Below, piece after piece: positions 18,400-27,237 of a stretch of DNA of 33,682 nucleotides. The DNA lies in the UHGV virus genome UHGV-0018978; one strand, written 5' to 3'. Each line of letters begins with the position of its first letter. Position 1 is the stretch's first letter. The notes under the pieces were generated by a model, which was given only the letters and a program-made list of their open reading frames with translations, did no database searches and was not told where the DNA came from. Origin of the DNA: a virus. A program made the position numbers and the translations under genes.

Positions 18400-19963
18400 G
18401 ACCGGTATCTCCCAGCGCACGCGCCTTAAAGCACACCTCCGCCAGTTGCAGGGCAAAGTCGTCCGCGTTCAGCGTTTCCTGAAGCTCAGGCAGGCGTTTC
18501 AGAAAGTCATCAAAACTGTCGCATTCCTGCGCCAGTGTCAGCACCGGGTTCGTGAACGCCTCGCCGGTTTTCTGCCAGTCACGCAGGGCATCATCCACCA
18601 TCAGCGCCAGTTCGTCGGAGTGTTCACGGTTCAGGGCGACGCGCTCGCGGTTCATCGCCACATCACCTGACATTCCGGCAGAAACCGGATGCAGAACATC
18701 AGCCCCTTCGTCCGGTTCAGCCAGGCCGAACCGGTCCCGCAGCTCCGATTCCTGAACCCGCATCCCCCGGTCAATCAGCGGCACCAGAGCATCTGTCAGC
18801 GCCTTCAGATCTTCGGCTTCACTGATACGCAGAACAACACGGGGGTAGTGCGCCTGTGGCCCGTAGTTGGCCTCAATGTAGGGACGCACCAGATATTCAT
18901 TCAGCGTGTTAGCCAGTTGTCGCGCGTCCCAGCGCACAATGTCCATGCGCACCTGATTGTGCACGTCCGCCTGTGAACGCGAACTGCCGTTATCTGTGGT
19001 CATGGTCTGCCCCAGCACCGCCTTACTGATTTGCGCATCGCACCATTCCGCCATTTCACGGAACAGTGCGCCGCCGTTATTCCGGCTGGCGGTTTCCTGC
19101 ATCTCCAGTTGCATGGACTGCGGAATGGCACACCCGGCATCCGAGGCAATGGACGCAATCGCATCAATCAGCACGCGGATTTGCTCCTCCGTGGCGTTGG
19201 GGCCGTATTTCCCCACAGTGACCGGGATGCCGAACTTTTCCGCGAACGCCCACCAGTCGCGCACGGTATAGGATTTCAGCATGTACATCACCGCCACCAG
19301 ACGGGCAAGACCGTTACGCAACGGCAGACCGGATTTCAGGCGCGGCTGGTGAACAATGAATTTTCCCGGTGTCAGCGGTACGCCATCCACCGGTTCGTCA
19401 TCCGTCAGCAGGCGGAACTGGCGCAGCGTGGGTTTTTCGGCTTTCAGGAAACGGGGATCAACCCACTCATAATCACGGGGCACCCAGTGGTTGTTGCGGG
19501 TGTTCCACAGAATTTCACAGACAGCAACACCTTTCCCCAGCCCGTCAAGCAAATCAAACATCAGCTCGGGGATTTGCGGCGCGGCCATCAGCTCACGGAT
19601 GGCATCCGCCAGCTGCACATCGGCATCGTCATCACTGGCGGCCACCACCACCGGTTCGATACCCGCCACCGTCAGCTTGCGGGTGCGCAGTACCGAGGCG
19701 TAATGCAAATCGCGTTCTTCCATCTCTTCAGCAAGGATAAAAAAATCACGCGTGATGCCGTCAGTAGCATTGCGCAGAATGCCTGCCAGCCTGCCGGGGT
19801 TCAGCCCGGAGGCGACGCTGATACCCGGCGAGGCCGAACGCACACCGGCATGACGCGGACGGGCCTGTGCTTCGTTGAGCGCCTCTTTTTTCAGCGTGTC
19901 TTCCTCACCGGTTGCCGGGTTCAGCAGACGGCGAACGGCCCCGGCCAGTTGTTTCAGGTTCAC
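18392..19963 (-). CDS. Portal protein, Mu gp29-like
   Basis: 523-aa ORF directly downstream of the terminase large subunit. Confidence 0.8.
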   Translation of the reverse strand: MNLKQLAGAVRRLLNPATGEEDTLKKEALNEAQARPRHAGVRSASPGISVASGLNPGRLAGILRNATDGITRDFFILAEEMEERDLHYASVLRTRKLTVAGIEPVVVAASDDDADVQLADAIRELMAAPQIPELMFDLLDGLGKGVAVCEILWNTRNNHWVPRDYEWVDPRFLKAEKPTLRQFRLLTDDEPVDGVPLTPGKFIVHQPRLKSGLPLRNGLARLVAVMYMLKSYTVRDWWAFAEKFGIPVTVGKYGPNATEEQIRVLIDAIASIASDAGCAIPQSMQLEMQETASRNNGGALFREMAEWCDAQISKAVLGQTMTTDNGSSRSQADVHNQVRMDIVRWDARQLANTLNEYLVRPYIEANYGPQAHYPRVVLRISEAEDLKALTDALVPLIDRGMRVQESELRDRFGLAEPDEGADVLHPVSAGMSGDVAMNRERVALNREHSDELALMVDDALRDWQKTGEAFTNPVLTLAQECDSFDDFLKRLPELQETLNADDFALQLAEVCFKARALGDTGHA

Positions 19964-21495
19964 AGTAAACCTCCCTCATTTTTCAGGCCGCGCGTCAGCT
20001 TCATCTGGCGGCGCGCGTTGCGTTCTTCCGGTTTCGCCGGGCGGTTCAGGCGGTGCAACTCGTAACGGTGGCAGTCATCCTTGCTGGCAAGGAAGCCCAG
20101 GAAAATGGCCACAGCGGCGTCGCCGTGACGTTTGTGACCGTCGCTGCCTTTGGTTCGTGAATCATCAATGCCTGGAACGCCACGCAGCAACTGAATGGCC
20201 CCGAGGTCATTGATCACGTCTTCATGCTTCGGAAGGATCAGCTCATCATCTTCAAATGCTGCACGGAAACGGGGCATGTTTTCGCGGTAGAACGCCACGG
20301 ACAGCATCACCTGTTCCACTTCGTCGCCGTACCGCTCCGCCGCCTGTTCTGCCAGATACTGACCATTCCCCCGCGCATCCATTTTGATACCGTCACGACG
20401 GGGCAGACGATCGCAAAGCCAGAACAGCACCTGCTCCTGCTGTTTAAACGGCACATTGCCAAGCTCAACCAGGAACGGCACCTCGCGGGTGGTGTCATCG
20501 TTCACCGTCACCGGGGCCAGTACGGTCAGGTCACCCGAACGCGCAAAGTCTTCCCCCAGACAGTGGCGCAGGTTCTTCGGGAGTTTTTCCAGCTCGGGGC
20601 GCACCACTGTTTCCAGCCATTCCCGGATATCTGCCCGGCGCTGGCTTTCCGTCAGTGCGTTAAATTCCGGTGTGCCGGTAAAGCGCAACACTTTTCCGGT
20701 GCCACGGGCCGCACGCTCACGCAGTGAGCGGGGGATATACGTGCCGCCGCCGTTTTTCGGGACGCAGTAATACTCCTCCAGCGCATCTTCGCGGGTGGCG
20801 GTATTTCGCAGCAGGCCTTCTTTCCATTCCGCCTCGGCTTCCGGTGACCACACCATGCCGCGCACCTGACAGATACGCCGGTACAGCCCGTCATTGCAGG
20901 CGTCGTCCAGCGTGATGGTGTGAATGCTGTAATCTTTTTTGCCCGCGCGGCTTTCCTGAATCAGCTGGTTAAACAGGTTGTCCACGCCGTCATGGGTGGA
21001 AATAAGGCGAATTTTGCCGCCCCATGTTTTCAGCGGCAGCACCGCCTTCAGCAGCTCGTCCAGTTTTTCATGGAACGCGGCCTCGTCGATGGTGACATTC
21101 CCCTGCATCCCGCGAATGTTGCTCGGGTTGCTGGACAGTGCCTTGACCTTAAAACCGCTGGCGAAGTACACGACGAACGTCAGAATGTCCTTGTCTTCGT
21201 CGGTGATCACTTCCTCGCAGATTTCTTCCGCTGCCGCATTAAACGCTTTCGCCCACATCGCCACGGCGTCGATAAATTCGCGGGCCATCTCCTTATTCGA
21301 ACCGATATAAAAGTGATCGCGCCCGCCGTCTTCCTTCTTCAGCGATGCCGTCAGTGCCGCATCTGCCGCCTCCGCCCAGGTTAAACCGGTACGGCGGGAT
21401 TTCTCGGCGATTTTCAGGTCGGCATCATCCGCCACCCAGCGTTTCTGATACGGCAGCAGAACATCATATTCACTGAACGTGTCCATTTGTGTCAT
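19960..21495 (-). CDS. Terminase large subunit, Mu gp28-like
   Basis: 511-aa ORF; size and position before the portal gene. Confidence 0.8.
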   Translation of the reverse strand: MTQMDTFSEYDVLLPYQKRWVADDADLKIAEKSRRTGLTWAEAADAALTASLKKEDGGRDHFYIGSNKEMAREFIDAVAMWAKAFNAAAEEICEEVITDEDKDILTFVVYFASGFKVKALSSNPSNIRGMQGNVTIDEAAFHEKLDELLKAVLPLKTWGGKIRLISTHDGVDNLFNQLIQESRAGKKDYSIHTITLDDACNDGLYRRICQVRGMVWSPEAEAEWKEGLLRNTATREDALEEYYCVPKNGGGTYIPRSLRERAARGTGKVLRFTGTPEFNALTESQRRADIREWLETVVRPELEKLPKNLRHCLGEDFARSGDLTVLAPVTVNDDTTREVPFLVELGNVPFKQQEQVLFWLCDRLPRRDGIKMDARGNGQYLAEQAAERYGDEVEQVMLSVAFYRENMPRFRAAFEDDELILPKHEDVINDLGAIQLLRGVPGIDDSRTKGSDGHKRHGDAAVAIFLGFLASKDDCHRYELHRLNRPAKPEERNARRQMKLTRGLKNEGGLL

Positions 21496-22094
21496 GCGCT
21501 AATCCCCAGAATTTCACGTTTGATGGTGTCAGCCGCACCACCTGACAGACCGCCCGTTCTGACCAGTTCTTCGGTTTTCTCTGCCATCTCCTGCGCAAAC
21601 GCATCGCGGATCGCTTTCTCGCGTTTATGGCTGGTCATGGCTGCCGCCTCCAGACGCTGGGCAACCAGCGCCAGTTGCCCCAGCGCTTTCGGTGCAACTG
21701 GCTTGTCGTCTTCTGCCATCGACATGGACGTTTCAAAGGCCAGCGTTTTTACAAACTCCATCAGCAGCTTGCCGACGTCAGACGTCGGCGCAGAACCCAG
21801 CTTTGCCGCCCAGACTTCGGCCATTTCGCGGGAGGCGCGGATTTTGGCCCCGACTTTTTCCATGCGGATGGCATAGCGGTTTAAGCCCGTCCGGCTTAAC
21901 TGCATCTCTTCCGGCAGGTTATGTTCGTCAATCAGGGCGTTGATGGCTTCGCGGATTTCTTCCTGCGTGTGCCGCTTTTCCCGCAGCATCTGATGCAACT
22001 GCTCCCGGATGCTGTCCGGGAGTAAATCCACTTTGGAAAGACGGCCACGGGTGGGGCGTTGTTCATTTTCCATGTGTGCCCTCCTGTTGCTCAC
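21492..22094 (-). CDS. Terminase small subunit-like protein, Mu gp27-like
   Basis: 200-aa ORF immediately upstream of, and overlapping by 4 bp, the large terminase gene. Confidence 0.6.
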   Translation of the reverse strand: MSNRRAHMENEQRPTRGRLSKVDLLPDSIREQLHQMLREKRHTQEEIREAINALIDEHNLPEEMQLSRTGLNRYAIRMEKVGAKIRASREMAEVWAAKLGSAPTSDVGKLLMEFVKTLAFETSMSMAEDDKPVAPKALGQLALVAQRLEAAAMTSHKREKAIRDAFAQEMAEKTEELVRTGGLSGGAADTIKREILGISA

Positions 22095-22192
22095 TACGCT
22101 GTAAACTTTCGTATGCAGATTTCAGTGCGCCGCTCTGGATTTCCCGCCATGTCAGATTGTGCGCCAGACGGCGAAGTTCATCACGGGACGCT

Positions 22193-22510
22193 CTACTTAT
22201 CGGATTCTTTTTTCGGTTCACGACGGCCCCCGTCTTCAGTACCCGGTGTTTTCAGACCGGCGTATATTTCTTCGCGAACGGACCGGATATCCTTACCCAG
22301 CAGCTTCCACAGCCGCGCACATGCCGGTGATGAACGCAGAAAACGTTTCATTGGCGCGTCCGGTGAATCCTGGTTCCAGCGCTTTCCGGTCTGTTGCTCA
22401 TATGCACTGGCAATCGCTTTTTGTTCGATATCTGCCAGCACAAGACAATGTGCCAGTTGCCGTACGACGTCCCGTTCTCCGCGACTTAACGGCTTCAGTT
22501 TTCGGGTCAT
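22193..22510 (-). CDS. Small conserved phage protein, basic C-terminus
   Basis: 105-aa ORF between the lysis cassette and the terminase genes. Confidence 0.45.
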   Translation of the reverse strand: MTRKLKPLSRGERDVVRQLAHCLVLADIEQKAIASAYEQQTGKRWNQDSPDAPMKRFLRSSPACARLWKLLGKDIRSVREEIYAGLKTPGTEDGGRREPKKESDK

Positions 22511-22512
22511 GC

Positions 22513-22806
22513 TCAGTCTCTCGCACGGGGTTTTTTAACGCCCGGCACACCGGACAGGCCGTTTGCCACATCCTCGCCGCTGCCGGTGATTTCAGCCACG
22601 TAACAGCCGCCCACATCAGACAGACGAACCAGCCCCTGCTCGCGCAGCCATGCAAGCTGGGTGCGCACTACATCACGGGATACCTTATGACCGTAGGCCT
22701 GAAGGCAGGTCTGCAACACGGATTCATTCGCGCTGTCGCCACAGTCCAGCAGGGAACGCAGCAACACAAGACGACGGTCTTCAGTGAGGATCTCTTTCAT
22801 CGCCAT
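22513..22806 (-). CDS. Small putative winged-helix DNA-binding protein
   Basis: 97-aa ORF tightly coupled to its neighbours; the segment VVRTQLAWLREQGLV looks like a winged-helix recognition region. Confidence 0.45.
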   Translation of the reverse strand: MAMKEILTEDRRLVLLRSLLDCGDSANESVLQTCLQAYGHKVSRDVVRTQLAWLREQGLVRLSDVGGCYVAEITGSGEDVANGLSGVPGVKKPRARD

Positions 22807-23111
22807 TAATTTTTTTCCTTTAACTCGTTCTCTAATAACAAATCACTGATGCGGGATACCTGGCGGATGGATGGCCCCAGTTCCCTGATTTCACCCCGCA
22901 GATTGCTGATATCCAGTTGCAGGCGGTGAAATTCATTGCGGTCAGGTAACTGATTCACCAGACCTTCCATCACCGATATGCGGGAACGCAGCGAATCAAA
23001 CTCTTCGCGTTTGACGTAGGTCTTCGCCAGAATCAACTGGAGAAAGTTGATCCCTGTCATCAGCAATGCCCACAGAATGGGCCAGTTGGCTCTGATCATT
23101 TCCCAGGACAC
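22806..23111 (-). CDS. Membrane-anchored coiled-coil protein (spanin- or releasin-like lysis accessory protein)
   Basis: 101 aa; N-terminal hydrophobic segment WPILWALLMTGINFLQLILA followed by a heptad-like coiled coil. Confidence 0.5.
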   Translation of the reverse strand: MSWEMIRANWPILWALLMTGINFLQLILAKTYVKREEFDSLRSRISVMEGLVNQLPDRNEFHRLQLDISNLRGEIRELGPSIRQVSRISDLLLENELKEKN

Positions 23112-23323
23112 GTTTTCCTCCTGCGTTCCCGCATCTGCTGACAGTCAATACAGGTCACCACATCCGGCAGCGCCGCAAGGCGCTGTGCCGGAATAGCGTT
23201 CCCGCAGTCATTGCAGAAGCCACGACTGTGGGGCGCTTCTTTTGTCCGCGTCTGCCAGGCTTTAACGACGTTCTGACGCTCGTTAAAAACCACTTCACTG
23301 ATGCGGTCGATTTCGTCGGTCAT
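23096..23323 (-). CDS. TraR/DksA-family C4 zinc-finger protein
   Basis: 75 aa with CNDCGNAIP...CIDCQ, the CxxC-(17)-CxxC spacing of the TraR/DksA zinc finger. Confidence 0.65.
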   Translation of the reverse strand: MTDEIDRISEVVFNERQNVVKAWQTRTKEAPHSRGFCNDCGNAIPAQRLAALPDVVTCIDCQQMRERRRKTCPGK

Positions 23324-23943
23324 TTCGGCCCCGCAGACATTTTGTGACGACTTGATTTGCTGTAACGGGCAAAGCCGTCAAGGGTTCTTACGCCGAGATA
23401 GCCCAGCGCCGGGGTAAGCAACATCAGCGTGATATCCCAGTCCGGTGACGGCATATGCAGCGTGATACCTCTGGCACCGGCAATGGCTCCGGCAATCTGG
23501 CCGCAGGAGAGCAACAGCACATAGGCCAGACTGCTGTAACAGGAAAGGCGGGCCAGTAGCGGGCGCGTCTGGCGCACATAGCTGTCCGTGGCGTTGTCAC
23601 CATTGCGGATGGTTTCCTGCTGTTCGTGGTGTGCGGCCTGCTGGTCAGCCAGCACCAGCTTCTGCCGTTCCACCTCCAGCTGTTGCAGCTGAACTTTCAG
23701 GGTTTCCATCTGCATCAGTTGCTCCGGTGACAGCATCACCAGTTTTTGTTCCAGAATGCGTTGCTGTTCAGCCACCGGCAGGCTTTCCCGGACACTTTCC
23801 ACCATACCGGCCACCGAGTCAGCGGCGGCAGATGTGCTGCCACCAAACCAGCGTCCGACTGAACGAATCAGCCCCGGCCCGGCTTTCAGCAGAACAGAGG
23901 CGATGCCTGAAAGGGTTAACGGATCCACGGAAAACCTCCACAC
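23320..23943 (-). CDS. Putative holin/lysis membrane protein
   Basis: 207 aa with hydrophobic segments at both ends and a central coiled-coil/Gln-rich region; lies in the lysis cassette. Confidence 0.5.
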   Translation of the reverse strand: MWRFSVDPLTLSGIASVLLKAGPGLIRSVGRWFGGSTSAAADSVAGMVESVRESLPVAEQQRILEQKLVMLSPEQLMQMETLKVQLQQLEVERQKLVLADQQAAHHEQQETIRNGDNATDSYVRQTRPLLARLSCYSSLAYVLLLSCGQIAGAIAGARGITLHMPSPDWDITLMLLTPALGYLGVRTLDGFARYSKSSRHKMSAGPK

Positions 23944-24341
23944 AGATAACGCTGAAGACAGAGCAGGCCACCGCAGCCGCTACCACACAGCCAGAATACT
24001 GGTTGAGATAATGTTCCCATCAGCAGAATGCCGCAGACACAGCAGAAATATCCCAGCGCCCAGACCACCCATGACCACACGATGATGTGGCGGCCAAAAG
24101 CCCGGTAACGGACTTCGGGCAGCAGACGATATGGCACATTTCCCAGGCTGGCGCTGTATGAAAACAGTACAACGCAGGAAAAGCCCAGCAGCATCAGCAC
24201 GAACGATCGCCAGCCACATAACATGCTTATGATGAACATGCAGAGCGTCAGCCCGGCCAGGGGCCACGGCGTTCTCATCAGTCGGGAACAAATCAGCCAG
24301 TCACACAGTTTTAAAATTTTGTTCATTACCTTTTTCCACAT
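23916..24341 (-). CDS. Putative multi-pass membrane protein (holin candidate)
   Basis: 141-aa ORF with 3-4 hydrophobic segments rich in Cys/Trp. The unusual composition means it could be a spurious frame. Confidence 0.3.
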   Translation of the reverse strand: MWKKVMNKILKLCDWLICSRLMRTPWPLAGLTLCMFIISMLCGWRSFVLMLLGFSCVVLFSYSASLGNVPYRLLPEVRYRAFGRHIIVWSWVVWALGYFCCVCGILLMGTLSQPVFWLCGSGCGGLLCLQRYLCGGFPWIR

Positions 24342-24552
24342 TGAATTTTTCCCTGTACTTCTGGCACTGCCAGAAAATGTCCCGTGTATCTACGGAGTTC
24401 CAGCCACGCATGTAGTAGCTGGCGTGTGTGCCGTCATGGCCGGTATAATCCAGCGGTTTCGGGGGCGGACCTCCGGCCATGCGGTGCAGAACCTCCTGAC
24501 GCAGGCGGTCACGTCGCCCGGCTTTCAGTGAGGCGTTCCAGCCTTTGCCCAT
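24301..24552 (-). CDS. Small hypothetical protein coupled to the endolysin gene
   Basis: 83-aa ORF whose start lies next to the endolysin stop; no recognisable motif. Confidence 0.35.
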   Translation of the reverse strand: MGKGWNASLKAGRRDRLRQEVLHRMAGGPPPKPLDYTGHDGTHASYYMRGWNSVDTRDIFWQCQKYREKFNVEKGNEQNFKTV

Positions 24553-24553
24553 A

Positions 24554-25150
24554 TCACCCCCGCGTGGCGGACATGATGCCCAGAGGGGTATCGATGATTT
24601 CCAGACAGGCGTCGGTCAGTTCTTCCATGCGGTTAAACCAGCCGTTCAGGTATTTGCCACGAGCGGGTTTTGATTTGATGAGGCCCGCATAAAAGCGGCA
24701 ACGGCGAACAATGCAGCGGGACAGCAGCCAGTCCGGGGTGGACAGGCTCACAGCCTTGCGGGTACGCGGGCCGATGATGCCATCGGCAGACACATCAGCG
24801 GCTTCCTGTAAAAACTTGACGGCTTGCTCCACGCCATGCTGAACAGCCGCATCAAACACAAAGAGCGCCACACCATCAGGCCACTGATCACACCCGGCAA
24901 GCAGCCAGTAATCGCGCCAGTAAATCTGCGCAACCTGTTCGCGGGTCAAATCCTTAATGCGGGTATCTGGTTTGCCGTCGCCGTTGACATCGGTTTTGCC
25001 GTCAATCACACCGTCGCGGCGGTCAGAAATGCCGTATTTTGTTTCGCCGCCGCTGTCAGTGGGGTCATTGACATAGCCGCCTTCGATATCAGGACGCAGA
25101 ATAAAATTCAGCGCATGTTCAAAGGCCGGGGAGAATTTTTGATTTTCCAT
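24554..25150 (-). CDS. Endolysin, GH108-type lysozyme with a peptidoglycan-binding domain
   Basis: 198 aa. The N-terminal EGGYVNDPTDSGGETKYGIS motif is characteristic of GH108 enzymes. No N-terminal transmembrane/SAR segment. Confidence 0.75.
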   Translation of the reverse strand: MENQKFSPAFEHALNFILRPDIEGGYVNDPTDSGGETKYGISDRRDGVIDGKTDVNGDGKPDTRIKDLTREQVAQIYWRDYWLLAGCDQWPDGVALFVFDAAVQHGVEQAVKFLQEAADVSADGIIGPRTRKAVSLSTPDWLLSRCIVRRCRFYAGLIKSKPARGKYLNGWFNRMEELTDACLEIIDTPLGIMSATRG

Positions 25151-25205
25151 AAAAGCACCTGTGAAGCAGATTTAAACGTGGTCTGCTTCATGGTGCCGGA
25201 GGCAT

Positions 25206-25227
25206 AAAAAAAGCCGGATTTACCGGC
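25206..25227 (-). terminator. Rho-independent terminator (GCCGG-TAAAT-CCGGC plus T7) downstream of the secreted-protein gene
   Basis: Same stem-loop as at 17470-17492, with a T-run on the minus strand, about 25 bp after the stop of the 25252-25749 gene. Confidence 0.65.
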
Positions 25228-25251
25228 TTCATTGAATATAAGGTTATTGGT

Positions 25252-25749
25252 TCAGTTAACTTTACGGGCAGAACACGTAGTCTTCATTACTGAACGTTCA
25301 ATTTTTATCTTCCAGCCATTTACTGTTTTTTCGACAGGATCATCTTCAGCTTGCTTTAAATTTTTAACTTGCATGAAATTCAGCGGGGCTGGGGTATCAT
25401 CGTCCCATGATGTCGGGCGAACATAATCAGGGACAACAAAAGGCTCAAAAACAGTTTCACATAAAGCAGACGTCATTTGAGCGAACTCGTCGCTATCGGG
25501 GCGAACCGGTCCTGTAACATACTGCATTTTTATGTTGATTTCGTTATCTCGCACAGACGTCTTTAAATCCTGATATACACCTAAGTTAAATCCTTTAAAC
25601 TCAGCAATGGCAGCGTCACCTTTACCGTACCAGTCGGTATAGTCAACGGATGTTTTTTTCTGAAAAACATCTTTGACTTTTTGCTGGAATGTATCCGCCG
25701 CTTGTACAGTAGTAACAGTTAGTAAAAGAATAAGGGGAAGATATTTCAT
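25252..25749 (-). CDS. Secreted/periplasmic protein of unknown function with an N-terminal signal peptide (candidate moron)
   Basis: 165 aa starting MKYLPLILLLTVTTVQA-ADT, a typical Sec signal. The gene is AT-rich relative to the flanking phage genes and has its own terminator. Confidence 0.6.
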   Translation of the reverse strand: MKYLPLILLLTVTTVQAADTFQQKVKDVFQKKTSVDYTDWYGKGDAAIAEFKGFNLGVYQDLKTSVRDNEINIKMQYVTGPVRPDSDEFAQMTSALCETVFEPFVVPDYVRPTSWDDDTPAPLNFMQVKNLKQAEDDPVEKTVNGWKIKIERSVMKTTCSARKVN

Positions 25750-26147
25750 TGTTCGTCCTTAAATAGTTGCATTTGATACTTTCCACGCTCCAGTCGGCGC
25801 ATTCTTTTGATGGCCTGATATACCGTTTTGTATGTCACTTTGTAACGCTGCACCAGCTCCGCTACGTTTTTCCCATCAAAATCACGCCAGATGCGCATGT
25901 CTCTGATAAGATTTTCCAGTATTTTCCCTTTCGGAACATATACCTGAATCCCACCGATATGATTGCAAATCGCCACTACCAGCTCAAGGGAGTGGGCAGG
26001 GTTAACTCCAAGCCTTATCAGCTCTTGTCGCAACAGAGCATTCAGCTCAGCCAGTAAAGATGGAAATCCCGATTTTTCCTGAACATCATCAAAATATTCA
26101 AGGATACTGTCGTCCTGATAATCACCAAATAAATCCTGCTCTTTCAT
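25746..26147 (-). CDS. mor: Mor/C-family transcriptional activator
   Basis: 133 aa with an acidic N-terminus and a C-terminal helix-turn-helix (TYKTVYQAIKRMRRL); sits directly after gemA, as mor does in Mu. Whether it is the Mor or the C orthologue cannot be settled from sequence alone. Confidence 0.7.
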   Translation of the reverse strand: MKEQDLFGDYQDDSILEYFDDVQEKSGFPSLLAELNALLRQELIRLGVNPAHSLELVVAICNHIGGIQVYVPKGKILENLIRDMRIWRDFDGKNVAELVQRYKVTYKTVYQAIKRMRRLERGKYQMQLFKDEQ

Positions 26148-26695
26148 AGAACTATTCTCCCGCTGTTTCTGGCGCGGGCATACGCACTGGTCAGTGCATC
26201 ATATCCGCGCAGTTCCCGCCCGGTTTCGCTCACAGGTAAAGGCACGCCATGTCGGGTAAAGGCTTCCCGAATGCAGCGCATATGCCACTGCTTGAGCGTT
26301 TCGAGCACAACCTGCAACGATTCCCCATGACACCAGGCCAGCGTGGAAACACCCTGACCACCATTACGTCTGGCCGTCAGGCGTGCAACGTATTTGTCCA
26401 GCGCGGCGTCGCTGCCATCAGAGACAAAACCATCAAAGGACATCTGCTGCCAGATTTTATAAATCTTCTCGCGTGGTGTGACATACCCCTTAAAGCGACG
26501 TCGGGGATGTTTTTTCTGCTTCTTAAACCCGCGCTCTTTCATGGCATCGAGCACCTGTTCCAGTTGTGCAACGGACAGCTCGCGGCAACTGGTTTTGCCC
26601 GTGCACTGCACCAGAAAGGCTCGGTAAGTGTCATCGTCGAGGTGCAACTCCCGGCGGGCAACATGAATTAATTTAATCAGGGATGTGCGACTCAT
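26144..26695 (-). CDS. gemA: GemA-like regulatory protein (Mu gp16 family)
   Basis: 183-aa ORF immediately upstream of the Mor-like gene, matching the Mu gemA-mor arrangement. Confidence 0.65.
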   Translation of the reverse strand: MSRTSLIKLIHVARRELHLDDDTYRAFLVQCTGKTSCRELSVAQLEQVLDAMKERGFKKQKKHPRRRFKGYVTPREKIYKIWQQMSFDGFVSDGSDAALDKYVARLTARRNGGQGVSTLAWCHGESLQVVLETLKQWHMRCIREAFTRHGVPLPVSETGRELRGYDALTSAYARARNSGRIVL

Positions 26696-27062
26696 TTTGC
26701 CCCATCTCCTTAATGCAGTGTTTTTCGACCCATGTCACACGAGCAGAATTCAGGTGGCATCTGTCATGTAGGCATTCATCATGGTAGTGCACGTTATCTA
26801 CATTAAATGGCAGGGATTCATCCAGCCCACTCGCGACAAAATCCGCATGTAATTGTTCTAGCGCAGCTTCGCTGTCTGCCCCGATTGATTCAAAATAGTC
26901 ATAAACATTGGCGCATAATCCGACTCCACGAATAAACCCTTCCCCTTCCGTTTCTTGCGCTCCGTTTTTTAACCACTGGTTATAGGCGACATAAAAATCA
27001 TAAAGATGTTTTCTGATGCTGGCGGATGTGGATTTAATTTCATTTTTCTCTGCGTTATTCAT
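26673..27062 (-). CDS. Hypothetical early-region protein
   Basis: 129-aa acidic ORF in the semi-essential early region; no motif recognised. Confidence 0.45.
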   Translation of the reverse strand: MNNAEKNEIKSTSASIRKHLYDFYVAYNQWLKNGAQETEGEGFIRGVGLCANVYDYFESIGADSEAALEQLHADFVASGLDESLPFNVDNVHYHDECLHDRCHLNSARVTWVEKHCIKEMGQNESHIPD

Positions 27063-27237
27063 TTCTTAATACCTCTTCGCAATAAAAGATTTCGCTTGGA
27101 TAACGTTTTTGTATGCGCTCCATCACCTGCATACATGCCTGCTCTGTGGGCCAGATTTTTTCTGTTACCGGAATGGCATCACAGGCATCATTTCCACAGG
27201 TGCCAACCAGCAGGACAAAGCCAATTAACTTAATCAT
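27055..27237 (-). CDS. Small signal-peptide/lipoprotein-like protein
   Basis: Internal start MIKLIGFVLLVGTCGND... gives a 61-aa protein with a hydrophobic leader ending near Cys; ATG at 27237 lies 2 nt after the upstream stop. The listed 92-aa ORF is probably over-extended. Confidence 0.4.
   Translation of the reverse strand: MIKLIGFVLLVGTCGNDACDAIPVTEKIWPTEQACMQVMERIQKRYPSEIFYCEEVLRNE

Noticed and set aside
9216-22809. Many long plus-strand ORFs across the late region (for example 10074-10790, 16746-17789, 19031-20065)
   Set aside because: They are antisense to well-supported, syntenic minus-strand structural genes and have the Arg/Pro/Gly/Ala-rich, motif-free composition typical of shadow ORFs in GC-rich DNA.
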